64,000 nucleotides of DNA from Akkermansiaceae bacterium (lineage in GTDB: Bacteria; Verrucomicrobiota; Verrucomicrobiia; Verrucomicrobiales; Akkermansiaceae): NCBI GenBank assembly GCA_903826205.1, contig CAIKDP010000025.1, forward strand, positions 630 through 64,629, read 5' to 3'. Within the stretch, counting starts at the first letter, position 1; every line of letters begins with the position of its first letter. Of the stretch, positions 27,292-37,985 are shown in pieces. The position numbers and the translations under genes were made by a program. The notes below the pieces were generated by a model that saw only the letters and a program-made list of their open reading frames with translations, did not search any database and was not told where the DNA came from.

Positions 27292-30200
27292 ATGGATGGG
27301 CGTGTGGACTGGCACTTTCACGGCAAGGATCGCAAGCTCAACCCGCTGCAGTGGATGCGCTGGGGATGGCTGCGGCGGATTCCCGGGATCGCGCGGTTGC
27401 GGGCGTTGCGACCGGGCACCGACGCGCATGTGGGGGTGTTGGTGGATGCGTTTGCGGCGTTTGCGACGTTGGACGACCAACTGAGCACGGCGGAGGCGGA
27501 CATGATTTTGGATTTGCTGCGGAGTGCGTTTCCCGAGGTGGACCACGGGTGGTTGCGGCGGCGCCTGCAGCGGGCGGTGAGGAATCCGCGACCCTTGCAG
27601 GGGATTTCCGCGGAGTTGAAGGCGACCTTGAATGATGCGGGCAAGTTGGCGGTGGGCTTGGAGTTGTTCACCTTGGTGGATGCGTCCGGCAGGTCGGAGC
27701 GGGGCCGGGCGAGTTTTGATGTATTCATGCGGCGCTTGGGGCGGCCGGATTATGGGGCGGCGATATTGCGGGAGATGCTCGGGGAAGCGGGCGACGAGTC
27801 GTTGCCGTTTGAGCGGGTGGTTTTTGGTGGGGAGGGGGCGGATGTGGTGTTGCCGCCGATGGCGGTGGCGCAGGGTCAGGAGTTCCGGGTGTACCGGACC
27901 GGGGAGTTGGTGTTGGTAAGGAACACCGGGGTGGCCCCGCTGTGGATCCGCGGGCGCTCACTGGAAACCGGCGCGTTTTTGCGGATGCGGGAACGCCAAC
28001 CGTTGGTGGTCCTGGGGTGGACGCTGAGCCATGAGGATTTGATGTTTTTCCTGAATGTGAAGCGCACGGGCAATACCCCGGCGATTTATTTGGAGGCGGG
28101 ACCGGGAGGGCTCACAGCCGAGCGGATGCGCGGACGAATGAGCGCGGTGCGGGTGAGTTTCGGCCTGGTCGCCGAGGTGGAGGCCTTGCGGCATACCAAT
28201 TTGCACGCGGGCAACCACGGTCCCTTGCGGCGGGGGGAAAAGGTGGCGTGCCTCAATCATGAGCGGCTCGGCGATGCGGGCGGGGTGAGTTTCTCGATCA
28301 ACGAGCTGAGACGCCGCGCCACACAATCCGGGCGCAGGTTCCGCCTCGCGGGGGATCGGCAGGAATATCTGGTTTCCAACGATGCCGCGGCGTTGGCGCC
28401 CGGGGATTTGTTGTTAGGCTCCAAGCTGGCGCCGCGGGTGGTGTTGTTCATTCGCTATGACGCGGAGCGCGCCGAGGGGATGTTAGAGGTCAGGCAGAGC
28501 GAGGGGTCGATTGCGGTGGACGGGCAATTGGTGAAAGGCACGGCGGTGTTGGTGGATGGCTCGTTGATCCGCTTGTCCGGGAGCCAGGCGGTGCGCTGCC
28601 GGTTCCGCGAAGGATTTTTGGATGAGGAACGGACGCAGATTGAGTCGTTGCAGGTGGAGGATTTGATCCATGATTTCGCGCCCGGGGCGCGGGCCTTGGA
28701 TCACATCAACTTTGAGGTGAGGCGCGGCGAGATGTTGTGCATCATCGGGCCGAGCGGGAGTGGCAAGAGCACCTTGTTGTCGGTGTTGTCGGGGCAATTG
28801 GAACCGACCCGTGGCAAGGTGGAAATGAATGGCATCCAGCTCTATGAGCACCGCGAGCGCTTGGTGCCATTCATCGCCTACATGCCCCAGGAGGAGGCGC
28901 TCAATCCGCAGTTGACGGTGCGCGAGCATTTGCGCCACGCGGTGACAATCCGCCGCCCTGGCCTATCCTTGGCGGAGCATGAGCGGCGGGTGGATAGCGC
29001 GCTGGCCGAGTTGGGATTGCAATCGATCGCGCGGCGGCGGGTGGGCTCCGCCGGGGAAAAGACGCTATCCGGGGGCGAGCGCAGCCGCTTGAATCTGGGC
29101 TTGGATCTGGGCAGCCGGGCGGAGGTGTTTTTGTTCGACGAACCGATCTCCGGGTTGTCGTCGAAGGATTCCGAACATGTGGCCGAGACGCTGCGGTCAC
29201 TGGCGCGGGAAAAGATCGTGATTGCCTCGTTGCACCGGCCCGGGGCCTTGGTGCTGCGCCTGTTTGACAAGGTTCTTCTGTTAGATAGCGGGGGCTGTCT
29301 GGCGTATTTCGGGACCCCCACGGGGATGGTCGAGTATTTCCGAGAAGCCTGTGAGGAACTCGGCATTTCCCATCCCTCGATGGTGGGTGGGGCGGCGCTG
29401 GGTGCGGATTTCGTGTTTGATGTGCTGGAGACGCCGCTGAGCGTGATCGGGGGTGGATCTAACACGGGTGCGGCGCGGCGCTTTCCACCGGCGTTTTGGC
29501 AGGAACGCCATGAGAGCGCGGCCTTGTTGCGATCGCTGCAAGCGGGTGCCGGGCCGGTCTCGCGCTTGAGCGATGTGGGGACCGTGGCGGGCTTGCCGGT
29601 GCCGCTCAAACCCGAGCGCCGCCTGCGCACGGTGATGGCGGTGTTTGCGACGCATTTCCTGCGATCCCTGCTCTCAAAATTGCGGAATCGCGGCACCATT
29701 TACAGCACCTGCATCGAGGCCCCGGTCCTGGCCGCGTTGGTGGCCATCACGCTGCGCTCGTCGCCGACCGGGGAGTATCAATTTGCCACGGCGCTGCACA
29801 TTCCGGCGTATTTGTTTTTGAGTGTGACGGTGGCGATGTTTCTGGGGTTGACCAATTCGGCGACGGAAGTCTTGCGCGACCGGCCGGTCTTGCGGCGGGA
29901 GCGCAACTGCCAGTCGAGTGCGGCCTCCTATGTGGCGGCAAAGTTTGTGGCCCTGGGCTTGGTGGCTTCCGGCCAATGCTTCATGTATGTGTTGGTGGGC
30001 AACCACTTTTTGGAAATCCGCGGGGTGGTCATGGAGCATTGGCTGTGGATGACCCTGACGGCGTGGGCCGGCACGGCGCTGGCCCTGGTGGTATCCACAG
30101 TGGTCAAAACCGAGCGTGCCGCGCTGACTGCTGTGCCCTTGTTATTGGTGCCGCAAATGTTGCTGGCGGGCGCCCTGGTGCCCTATCGGGAAATGAACCG

Positions 30201-30876
30201 CGGCCTGTTTGAAAACATCGGGCTCAACCGTGAGCGGGGCGGAGCTCCGGTGCCGGCCGCGTTGATGCCATTGAGATATGCCTATGAAGGCATGGTGGTG
30301 GCCCAGGCCACACGCAATCCGTTCGAGCTGGAGCGGCTGCGCTTGCAGCGAAAAATCAGCCAGATGTTGGACCACGGTGAGGCCATGACGCCCGCGCAAG
30401 CGGAGCGCTTCGAGTTGCTCAAGGAGGGGCTGCGGCGCTTGCTGGCGGCCGGCGCGGAAACCCCGCAGGAAGCCGCCGATCTGGTGGCGCGCATTTCGCG
30501 GATTGCCCGCTACGGCAACAAGCTGGAAGTGGAAACCATGAAGGTGTGGCCGGATGCCGCGGCCGCTTGTCCGGCGTCGGAGTTTTTTGTCAACGAGCGG
30601 ATAGATCTGTTAGTCAGGGAGGCGGAGACCTTCCGCAATGACTACCGCAACAAGGACTACCGGAATATTTTCCTGGCGTTGGAAAAACCGCTGCCGTTTG
30701 CCGGCTCGAAGCAGGCGGAGGTGCTTGCCGCGCCAGGCAAGCCGGGTCCCATGGACGCTCCCAAGCGCGAGATCGAGACGAAAAAATATTGCGGCTTGGT
30801 GCTGGTCGGCCTGGTGGGTGCCTGTTGGATCCTGGCCAGTTTCATTCTGTCCTATCAAAACCGCCGGACCAGTTAG
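27292..30876 (+). CDS. ABC transporter: fused ATPase plus ABC-2 (ABCG-like) permease, with N-terminal TerB-like and two FHA-like domains
   Basis: ATG at 27292 (MDGRVDW...). The N-terminus ([13 protein letters not shown]...[13 protein letters not shown]) is TerB/DjlA-N-like. Two FHA-like beta segments follow, then [16 protein letters not shown] Walker [13 protein letters not shown] signature and [10 protein letters not shown] Walker B. The C-terminus has multiple TM helices. Confidence 0.8.
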   Translation: MDGRVDWHFHGKDRKLNPLQWMRWGWLRRIPGIARLRALRPGTDAHVGVLVDAFAAFATLDDQLSTAEADMILDLLRSAFPEVDHGWLRRRLQRAVRNPRPLQGISAELKATLNDAGKLAVGLELFTLVDASGRSERGRASFDVFMRRLGRPDYGAAILREMLGEAGDESLPFERVVFGGEGADVVLPPMAVAQGQEFRVYRTGELVLVRNTGVAPLWIRGRSLETGAFLRMRERQPLVVLGWTLSHEDLMFFLNVKRTGNTPAIYLEAGPGGLTAERMRGRMSAVRVSFGLVAEVEALRHTNLHAGNHGPLRRGEKVACLNHERLGDAGGVSFSINELRRRATQSGRRFRLAGDRQEYLVSNDAAALAPGDLLLGSKLAPRVVLFIRYDAERAEGMLEVRQSEGSIAVDGQLVKGTAVLVDGSLIRLSGSQAVRCRFREGFLDEERTQIESLQVEDLIHDFAPGARALDHINFEVRRGEMLCIIGPSGSGKSTLLSVLSGQLEPTRGKVEMNGIQLYEHRERLVPFIAYMPQEEALNPQLTVREHLRHAVTIRRPGLSLAEHERRVDSALAELGLQSIARRRVGSAGEKTLSGGERSRLNLGLDLGSRAEVFLFDEPISGLSSKDSEHVAETLRSLAREKIVIASLHRPGALVLRLFDKVLLLDSGGCLAYFGTPTGMVEYFREACEELGISHPSMVGGAALGADFVFDVLETPLSVIGGGSNTGAARRFPPAFWQERHESAALLRSLQAGAGPVSRLSDVGTVAGLPVPLKPERRLRTVMAVFATHFLRSLLSKLRNRGTIYSTCIEAPVLAALVAITLRSSPTGEYQFATALHIPAYLFLSVTVAMFLGLTNSATEVLRDRPVLRRERNCQSSAASYVAAKFVALGLVASGQCFMYVLVGNHFLEIRGVVMEHWLWMTLTAWAGTALALVVSTVVKTERAALTAVPLLLVPQMLLAGALVPYREMNRGLFENIGLNRERGGAPVPAALMPLRYAYEGMVVAQATRNPFELERLRLQRKISQMLDHGEAMTPAQAERFELLKEGLRRLLAAGAETPQEAADLVARISRIARYGNKLEVETMKVWPDAAAACPASEFFVNERIDLLVREAETFRNDYRNKDYRNIFLALEKPLPFAGSKQAEVLAAPGKPGPMDAPKREIETKKYCGLVLVGLVGACWILASFILSYQNRRTS

Positions 30877-31652
30877 CGCGCGCTGGGGGCACGGCCCAGT
30901 TTGACTTCGATCTCGCTGCGGAGGGCGTCGAACACCCGTTGCACGCCGGCCCCCGCCTCGAGCAGGCCGACCGGCAACCCGCGCGCACTGGCACGGATAA
31001 ACAGTGGGTCCCGGGGAATGTGCGTTTGAAACAGCCATTCCGGCGGCAGGATCTGGCGCAGGGTCGTGGCCACTTCGCGGCTATCCGCCAAATCGGGTTG
31101 GACCATCGAAAGGCAAACCCCGAGTACGTTCAGATGCGGGTTCATGATGCGCAGCCGTTGCAATCCTTCTAACAACTTGGGCACCGAGCGGATGCCCAGA
31201 GGCTCGGCTTGTTGCGGAATGAGGACCGCATCGCAGGTGGCCACCACATCGCCGGTGACGCCGAAAAGCCCGGCGGCGGTATCCATCAAACAAAGGTCGA
31301 AGCCGCGCTGCGCGACCGCGCGAAGAAAGGCCCGCACCCGTGCCAGATGGGAGCCATTGCCGCCCCCGCCGGCTTCGTAATCCCCGGCCTGGCCGCTGGC
31401 CACCAGCGAAAAGGTCTCCAGGCGGGTGGGCACCACCAGGCGTTCCATGGGAATGCCGGGATCCGCCAGAAAATCGTAAAACCCGGTGAGCAGGCGCGAC
31501 TGGCGGGTGAGCGAATGGCCGACGGAGCCTTGGGGATCGGCGTCCACCAACAAGGTTTTGATACCGACCCGCGCGAAGGCGTGGGCTAGATTGATAGACA
31601 GGGTGGTTTTACCCACCCCGCCTTTTTGACTGGAAACGGCAATGCTGGTCAC
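30873..31652 (-). CDS. ParA/MinD-family P-loop ATPase (orphan)
   Basis: MTSIAVSSQKGGVGKTTLSINLAHAFA deviant Walker A and VDADPQGS. Its stop TAA (30873-30875) overlaps the ABC gene stop TAG (30874-30876) on the opposite strand. Confidence 0.85.
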   Translation of the reverse strand: MTSIAVSSQKGGVGKTTLSINLAHAFARVGIKTLLVDADPQGSVGHSLTRQSRLLTGFYDFLADPGIPMERLVVPTRLETFSLVASGQAGDYEAGGGGNGSHLARVRAFLRAVAQRGFDLCLMDTAAGLFGVTGDVVATCDAVLIPQQAEPLGIRSVPKLLEGLQRLRIMNPHLNVLGVCLSMVQPDLADSREVATTLRQILPPEWLFQTHIPRDPLFIRASARGLPVGLLEAGAGVQRVFDALRSEIEVKLGRAPSAR

Positions 31653-31761
31653 GCTTGGTAAGAAATTGTAGGCGCAGCCTAGCTTGTGCTTGCCACAGAG
31701 GAAGTTTTTTCTTTAGGTTGGGTTTGCGGCGTGCTGAAGACCGCCATGATTCCCCTTCCTT

Positions 31762-33927
31762 ATGAATTCCACATGTATTTCCAGATTGGTGGGCGCTGCC
31801 GTCGTTGGCGGCATGTTGGTGGTGGGGAGTGCCTGTCGCAAACGCCCGCCTGCGGTGGTGGGAGGGCCGCCGTCGACGGTGGCGTCCGAGTTGAAGTTCA
31901 ACGGGGTGGCGGCGTTGCCGGGTTCGGTTTATGCGAGCCAAGCCAACTCACCGATTCATTGGCAGCCGTGGTCCAAAGCGGTCTTTGAGCATGCCAAGGC
32001 GGCGAAGCGTCTGGTATTCATGGTCATTGCCATGCCGCAGCACACGGCGTTCCGCAAGGTGCTGAGCGAGATGGCGGGGGATGCCGCCATGGTTGCGCTC
32101 ATCAACGAGCAATATGTGCCGGTGTTGGTCGATGGCGACGCGGCCCGCGAAATCGGCTTGTTGACGGCGGATTTGGCCGCGGAAATCAAACGTCCGCTGG
32201 AAATGCCGATGCTCGTCTGGTTGACACCCGATGCCAACCCGGTGGCGTGGATTCCGGTGTCGACCGGAAGGGCGGGAGCCATCCGCGACTTGTTCAATAA
32301 ATCGCATGCCATGGTCAACAGCAATTGGGTGAATGATCCCGAGTATATGGTCAACAACAGTGCGCTGGACAACCAAGGGCGCCGGGACCGCTTGGCCCGC
32401 CGCAGACACGTCGACCAAACCAGCAAGGATCCCGCCGCGGATTCGATCAAGGCCATCCGGCAGTTGGTCTCGCTCTACGATCCGGGTTCACGCTCCTTCG
32501 ATGAAACGGGGGGGCAGTTTCCCTCCGGTGCCATCGATGCTCTGGCAAGCGCGGCCCTCAACCCGGAGTTGCCGAAGGATATCCGCAGCCTGAGCCTGGC
32601 GACACTTCAGGAATTGATGACGGACTTGTTGCCCAGCGCCATGTTTGACCCGCTTGATGGCGGGCTTTTTTTGTCGCGGCGGGGGGCGACCTGGGCGTTT
32701 CCAGCGTTTGAGCGGGACGCCAACAGCCAGTCGCGCGCCATCATCGCGTTGTTGCGGGTCTATGCGGCGAGTGCGAACCCGCTGGCACTGGAGCGGGCGC
32801 TCGGAGTGCTCGCCTTCGTCGAGAAAGCCTATGCCACCCATGATGGCTTGTTTGCGCTGGGTGCCACATCCAGTTCCCATGCCAAGCCTTGGCTGTGGTC
32901 GGTGGAGGAAATTCAAAAAACCTTGCCGCCCCAGGACGCGGCGTGGTGGATTGCGGCCACCGGCATGCGTGGCTTGGGCAACCTGCCTGCCGAAGACGAT
33001 CCCACCCGGGAATTTTTCCGCGGCAACACTCTGGGTTTGGTCAAGTCGATGACTCAGATTGCCACTGACCTTGGCCTCACCCCGGAGGCTTTCAAGCCAC
33101 GGTTTGAGACCGCGCGCAAGATGTTGCTCAAAGCCCGTGATGAACGCATGGGGGCGGTGACGAAGGATGACACGGCCCATGCTGGCACCACCTTCCGCAT
33201 GGTTTCCGCCTACGCGGCAGCCTATGGGGCCACGGGTGATCCCGCGTTTCGCGACAAGGCGGTTGCCTTGCTGGGACGGGCTCGCCAGGCCTTTGCCGAC
33301 GGCCCGCAGCTCTGGATGTATACCACCAAGACGGCGCCCTCGATTTCTGCCGGCCGGGCCTTTCTCTACGGTCTGGCCATGCAAGCCGCGCTGGATCTGG
33401 TGGATATCACGGGTGATGATAGCTGGCTCGCGTGGGCGGATGACTTGGCAAGCACCTCCGCCGAGCGTTTTGTCGAGAAGGATTGCCTCAAGGAATGTCC
33501 CGACAATGCCAAAGTCCTCGATCTTCCGATCAGCGACCGGGTCATGGTGTTTGATGACACCACGGCCGGCCTGATATCCTCCGCGGAATGCCGCTTGGCC
33601 GCACGCAAGCGCCCGCTGGTGGAAGCCTTCAGCCGCCTCGCCCTTACCCTGCCACGGCTGGCCGCAGAAAAACCCGTGCTGCACACGGACCAGATCCAGG
33701 CAATGCTGTTGCGGCATTACGCGCCCCTGGTGATGATCGGCAAAGAGCTGCCGGAGCCCTTGCAAGCCACCGTGGATCGCTTGCCGTTGCGGCTCTTCAA
33801 GCTGCGTGCGGCCACCGCCGAGGATGCGGTGCCGGCCGGTGCGGTGAAAATCATCGTCAGCGACGGCAGCGCACGGATGGCGACGACTCCGCAAGACTTG
33901 CGAGATGTCCTCTTGCCATCACGCTGA
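31762..33927 (+). CDS. DUF255/YyaL-like protein (thioredoxin-fold N-domain plus alpha/alpha-barrel), probable lipoprotein
   Basis: Lipobox-like MLVVGSAC. The N-domain IHWQPWSKAVFEHAKAAKRLVFMVIAMPQ aligns by eye to the YyaL/DUF255 family, but both Cys of the family CxxC are absent. The rest is long and helical. Confidence 0.7.
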   Translation: MNSTCISRLVGAAVVGGMLVVGSACRKRPPAVVGGPPSTVASELKFNGVAALPGSVYASQANSPIHWQPWSKAVFEHAKAAKRLVFMVIAMPQHTAFRKVLSEMAGDAAMVALINEQYVPVLVDGDAAREIGLLTADLAAEIKRPLEMPMLVWLTPDANPVAWIPVSTGRAGAIRDLFNKSHAMVNSNWVNDPEYMVNNSALDNQGRRDRLARRRHVDQTSKDPAADSIKAIRQLVSLYDPGSRSFDETGGQFPSGAIDALASAALNPELPKDIRSLSLATLQELMTDLLPSAMFDPLDGGLFLSRRGATWAFPAFERDANSQSRAIIALLRVYAASANPLALERALGVLAFVEKAYATHDGLFALGATSSSHAKPWLWSVEEIQKTLPPQDAAWWIAATGMRGLGNLPAEDDPTREFFRGNTLGLVKSMTQIATDLGLTPEAFKPRFETARKMLLKARDERMGAVTKDDTAHAGTTFRMVSAYAAAYGATGDPAFRDKAVALLGRARQAFADGPQLWMYTTKTAPSISAGRAFLYGLAMQAALDLVDITGDDSWLAWADDLASTSAERFVEKDCLKECPDNAKVLDLPISDRVMVFDDTTAGLISSAECRLAARKRPLVEAFSRLALTLPRLAAEKPVLHTDQIQAMLLRHYAPLVMIGKELPEPLQATVDRLPLRLFKLRAATAEDAVPAGAVKIIVSDGSARMATTPQDLRDVLLPSR

Positions 33928-33960
33928 AACGAGTGAATACTCCGCCCGCGTCTAGCCTTC

Positions 33961-35094
33961 ATGCTCATGAAAATCACCTTCTTTACCGCAACGTTTTGCC
34001 TGTTTTTTGGTTTTGCGGGATTGGGGCATGCGGCCACCGCCCCTGTCAAGGACACCAAGGTCATTGAAGGCACCTTCACCCTCAAGGATGGCAAGGTTCT
34101 GGAAGGCAAGATCCTGCGCGAACAGGGCGATGCCTATGTCATCGAGTATCAAGTCAACCGGGTGAACAAGGGTATCAAGGATATCAAAATCGTCCCCAAA
34201 AAGGATGTGATCAAAATCGTCACGGACAAGCCCGACGATCAAGCCTTCGCGGCGATCGCCAAATTGCTGCCCACTCCCGACGCGCTTACCACGGAGGATT
34301 ACGAGTCACGCCTGCTCGCGGTGAAATCCTTCATCACCAAATTCCCTAACAGCGACCGCCTCAGGGACGCGCAGGGCATTCTCAAAAAACTTGCCGATGA
34401 AAGCGCGGCGGTTGCCGCCGGCGGCCGGAAGCTTCAGGGCTTGATGATTCTGGGCGCGGATTACCGGGCCAATGCCTTTGATCTGGATGCCCGCGTGTTC
34501 GATGCGAAAATCCGCGACGCGGCAAGCAAATCGCAATGGCTCGTGTTGCTCCGGACGTTCGCGGAATTTGACAAGGACTATCAAACCAGCACCAGCTACC
34601 GCGAGGTGCTGCCCTTGGTGCTCAAATCCCTGCAAACATTCCACACCCAGATCGCCGCCAGCCTCGCGTCCTTTGATGAGCGCATGGAAAAACAAACGAC
34701 GGAGGTCGATAACTTGTCCCAACGCGATGGCGGAAGTTCCAAACGCGCGCTGGTCGAGCAGGCGGCGGAACTCGAAGCCCGCTATCAAAAGGAAAAAAAA
34801 GCCGAGATCCCCTGGGTGACGCCCCATCCGTCCCACAAGCAGTCGCTCGAAGACGATAACAGCTTCGCCGAGTCGGAATTGCCGCGCCTCACCCAGTTGT
34901 TAGGCCAGCCCGCCCCCACGCTGGACGGCGGCAAGGCTTTCCGCAACGCATGGAAAATCATCCACGGCGACGCTGAAGCCGAGGTCATGGAAAAAGCCAT
35001 CTCCGATGCGGAAGCCGCCGGCCTGCCGGAAAAATACCTCAAACTGCTGCAGGCTGAAGTCAAGGTCCCGGCGGTGAAGCCCGCCGGCAAATGA
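33961..35094 (+). CDS. hypothetical secreted protein
   Basis: Signal peptide MLMKITFFTATFCLFFGFAGLGHA, then a Lys/Glu-rich helical protein. The 5' part is locally more AT-rich. No family recognised. Confidence 0.65.
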   Translation: MLMKITFFTATFCLFFGFAGLGHAATAPVKDTKVIEGTFTLKDGKVLEGKILREQGDAYVIEYQVNRVNKGIKDIKIVPKKDVIKIVTDKPDDQAFAAIAKLLPTPDALTTEDYESRLLAVKSFITKFPNSDRLRDAQGILKKLADESAAVAAGGRKLQGLMILGADYRANAFDLDARVFDAKIRDAASKSQWLVLLRTFAEFDKDYQTSTSYREVLPLVLKSLQTFHTQIAASLASFDERMEKQTTEVDNLSQRDGGSSKRALVEQAAELEARYQKEKKAEIPWVTPHPSHKQSLEDDNSFAESELPRLTQLLGQPAPTLDGGKAFRNAWKIIHGDAEAEVMEKAISDAEAAGLPEKYLKLLQAEVKVPAVKPAGK

Positions 35095-35110
35095 TCACTT
35101 GTTAGAATCC

Positions 35111-35704
35111 ATGCCAAACGCACGCACCACCCGCCGCGCCCGCAAAACCGCGGAGACTGAGATCGAGCTGTCCATTGCCCTGGATGGTTCGGGAGTATCC
35201 TCGATTGATACCGGCATCCCGTTTTTCGATCACATGCTCACCTTGTTCGCCAAGCACGGCTTGTTTGATCTCACCGTGAAGGCGACGGGCGATCTGGCGG
35301 TGGATTTCCATCACACCGTCGAGGACGTCGGGATTGTCCTTGGCGATTGCCTGCGCGAGGCGCTCGGCACCAAGGAAGGCATCTGCCGCTATGGCTGCGC
35401 CTACCTGCCGATGGACGAGACCTTGGCCCGCGTCGTCGTCGATTTGAGCAACCGTCCGCACCTCGAGTTCCGGGCCCCTGCCGGCACGCCCTCCGCGCCG
35501 AATTTCCCCTTCACTCTCGTCGAGGAATTCTGCCGCGCCGTGGCGGCCAATTTGCGGGCTAACATCCACGTCGAACTTCTCTACGGGCGCGATGGTCATC
35601 ACGTCGCGGAGGCCATCTTCAAAGGCTTGGCCCGCGCCTTGCGTGTGGCCTGCGAACGTGACCCGCGGGTCAAGGGCATCCCCAGCACCAAACTGGCACT
35701 GTGA
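35111..35704 (+). CDS. hisB: imidazoleglycerol-phosphate dehydratase
   Basis: IDTGIPFFDHMLTLFAKHG and DFHHTVEDVGIVLG motifs. ATG at 35111. Confidence 0.95.
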   Translation: MPNARTTRRARKTAETEIELSIALDGSGVSSIDTGIPFFDHMLTLFAKHGLFDLTVKATGDLAVDFHHTVEDVGIVLGDCLREALGTKEGICRYGCAYLPMDETLARVVVDLSNRPHLEFRAPAGTPSAPNFPFTLVEEFCRAVAANLRANIHVELLYGRDGHHVAEAIFKGLARALRVACERDPRVKGIPSTKLAL

Positions 35705-36315
35705 AGGTCGCACTGATTGATTACGGAGCCGGCAACCTCCGCAGCGTGGCCAACGCGCTGGCCGCCATTGGCGTCGTGCCGCAACTCGCCGCCGCAGCAC
35801 CGGATCTAACCGACGCCACGCATCTGGTCCTGCCCGGCGTCGGCGCCTTCGGCGATTGCATGGCCCAACTGGCGGGCCGGGATTTGTTGGATCCCATCCG
35901 CGCCTGGGTGCTTGCCGGCAAGCCGTATCTGGGGATTTGTCTGGGCTATCAGATCTTGTTTGAAAGCAGTGAGGAGAGCCCCGGCGTGGCCGGGCTGGGG
36001 TTGGTGAAGGGCCGCGTGCGCCGCTTTGCGGCAGCCCCAGGCTTGAAAATCCCACACATGGGATGGAACGCGGCGGCGCCGCGCCGGCCCGCCCATGGCA
36101 TCTGGCAAGGGCTGGGCGCCGCGCCGTATTTTTATTTCGTGCATTCCTATTTTCCCGTGCCCGATGACGCGGCCATCATCGCGGCGGACACCACCTATGG
36201 CAGCGCGACGTTTGCCGCCGCCATCGAGATGCCCAATCTGCTTGCCTGCCAGTTCCATCCGGAAAAAAGCCAGGACGCGGGTCTGCGCCTGATCCGCAAT
36301 TTCCTCGGCGTGTGA
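35701..36315 (+). CDS. hisH: imidazole glycerol phosphate synthase, glutamine amidotransferase subunit HisH
   Basis: MKVALIDYGAGNLRSV, GICLGYQ catalytic Cys, HMGWN, FYFVHSY. The GTG start overlaps the hisB stop (GTGA). Confidence 0.95.
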   Translation: MKVALIDYGAGNLRSVANALAAIGVVPQLAAAAPDLTDATHLVLPGVGAFGDCMAQLAGRDLLDPIRAWVLAGKPYLGICLGYQILFESSEESPGVAGLGLVKGRVRRFAAAPGLKIPHMGWNAAAPRRPAHGIWQGLGAAPYFYFVHSYFPVPDDAAIIAADTTYGSATFAAAIEMPNLLACQFHPEKSQDAGLRLIRNFLGV

Positions 36316-36383
36316 TGTGGAAGCATGGCGGGGCTTTGCCTGCAAATGACCGCGCACAAATATCGTGACACCGCCCCGGAGTC

Positions 36384-37601
36384 ATGGACAATCGGCGTGT
36401 GAGCATGTTCAACACCGTCGGCCAGACCGCCGCGACCACCGACCGCAAGGACAGCACCCTGCGCAAGCTCGAACGCATGAACCGGGCGCTGCGCCATCAG
36501 CAACCGGATCACGTGCCAATCAGCGACTTTTTCTGGGGCGGCTTCACGCGGCGCTGGCGCGAGGAACTCGGCCTCGGGCCCGACGCCAATCCGTATTACC
36601 ACTATGATCTGGATTGGATCGTCACCGTGCCCAACTTCGACCCGTGGATCCGGCCGTTCGAAACTCTGTGTGAGACGCCCGAGGAAGTCACGGTGAGGAC
36701 CGGTTTCGGCGCGATCATGCACAAGCATTTTTCCTATCCGATGCCCGAGATGCGGGCGTGGGACACCGATACCTTCGAAAAACTCCAGCACACCGAGTTT
36801 GATCCGCCCGACGATCCGCGGCGCTTCTTCGCCGCCGGCGACAACCAGATCGCCGGCGTCGGCGACGGCTTCGAGCGCAACTCACCCGCATGGATAGAGA
36901 CTGTTAGATCGCTGTGGCCGGACTTTCCCGTGTATGGCAGCGTCATCGAAGTGAGCGAGTGCCTCACACGCCTCATCGGCCAGGAAAACGCCCTGCTGTG
37001 GATGGGCGAGGATCCCGACGCAATGGGCGAGGTGATCAACCGCATCGGCGCGTTCTATCTGGCACTGGCCAAGGCCGAGATCGCCGCGGGCGCCGGCATG
37101 TTGGATGGCCTCGTCATTTGGGGCGACGTGGCCTACAAGAAATGCACGTTCATGTCACCGGGCTACTGGCGCGAATATTTCAAGCCGTGGGTGGCGCGGA
37201 TGGTGGAGGCCGCGCACGCCGCGGGCCTGCCCGTCATCTATCACGGCTGCGGCAATGTGAAGGCGATTTTCCAGGATTACATCGAGATGGGTGTGGACGC
37301 CTACAACCCGCTCGAAGTCAAGGCCGGCATGGACGTGGTCGAACTGCGCCGCCAATACGGTCATGGCATCGGTTTCTGTGGCAACAGTGACATCCAAGTC
37401 TGGGAAACCGGCGACCGCGCGGCGATCCGGCGCGAGGTGTTGCGCAAACTCAATGCCGCCAAGGGCGGCGGCATGATCTTCCAGTCCGACCACTCGGTGA
37501 GCAGCAGCGTCTCCGGGGCAACCTATGACTTCATCGTGAAGCTCGTGCGCGAGCACGGCGTCTATCCGCTCGCCCTCGGTGAATTCGACGAGACGTTTTA
37601 G
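36384..37601 (+). CDS. uroporphyrinogen decarboxylase (URO-D/MtaA-like) family protein
   Basis: C-terminal half GLVIWGDVAYKKCTFMSPGYWREYFKPWVARMVEAAHAAGLPVIYHGCGNV...GVDAYNPLE resembles URO-D-fold methyltransferase/decarboxylase family members. The exact start (36384 or the Met 7 codons downstream) is uncertain. Confidence 0.7.
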   Translation: MDNRRVSMFNTVGQTAATTDRKDSTLRKLERMNRALRHQQPDHVPISDFFWGGFTRRWREELGLGPDANPYYHYDLDWIVTVPNFDPWIRPFETLCETPEEVTVRTGFGAIMHKHFSYPMPEMRAWDTDTFEKLQHTEFDPPDDPRRFFAAGDNQIAGVGDGFERNSPAWIETVRSLWPDFPVYGSVIEVSECLTRLIGQENALLWMGEDPDAMGEVINRIGAFYLALAKAEIAAGAGMLDGLVIWGDVAYKKCTFMSPGYWREYFKPWVARMVEAAHAAGLPVIYHGCGNVKAIFQDYIEMGVDAYNPLEVKAGMDVVELRRQYGHGIGFCGNSDIQVWETGDRAAIRREVLRKLNAAKGGGMIFQSDHSVSSSVSGATYDFIVKLVREHGVYPLALGEFDETF

Positions 37602-37623
37602 CAGTCTTGACCCTCAATTTACC

Positions 37624-37962
37624 ATGCAACGCTACGGCTCGGTCATCCGCCTCAAACCTGATAGAATCGGGGAATACAAACAACTCCACGCCGCCGTGTG
37701 GCCCGACGTGCTGCGCATGATCACGCAGTGCAACCTGCGGAATTATTCGATCCATCTGCGCCAATTCGACGACGGCCAACATTTCCTCTTCAGCTACTTC
37801 GAATATGTCGGTGAGGACATTGCCGCCGACATGGCGCAGATGGCCACCGATGCCACCACCCAGCGCTGGTGGGCCGTATGCATGCCCTGCCAGCAACCGC
37901 TCGACAGCCGCGCTCCGGATGAATGGTGGGCCTCGATGGAGGAAGTGTTCCACTGCGACTGA
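37624..37962 (+). CDS. rhaM: L-rhamnose mutarotase
   Basis: 112 aa starting MQRYGSVIRLKPDRIGEYKQLHAAVWPDVL...YSIH...FEYVG...WW, which matches the RhaM family pattern. ATG at 37624. Confidence 0.85.
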   Translation: MQRYGSVIRLKPDRIGEYKQLHAAVWPDVLRMITQCNLRNYSIHLRQFDDGQHFLFSYFEYVGEDIAADMAQMATDATTQRWWAVCMPCQQPLDSRAPDEWWASMEEVFHCD

Positions 37963-37985
37963 ATCCCAAAGCTGCTAGAAATCCC

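Noticed and set aside
25118-27484. 788-aa plus-strand ORF, the second-longest plus-strand ORF in the track
   Set aside because: It lies exactly antisense to ftsH, has a G/A/D/E-rich low-complexity translation and no recognisable motifs. This is a typical GC-rich shadow ORF. The same reasoning applies to 19031-20194, 48132-49289, 53370-54449, 55803-57113, 62249-63163 and similar ORFs.
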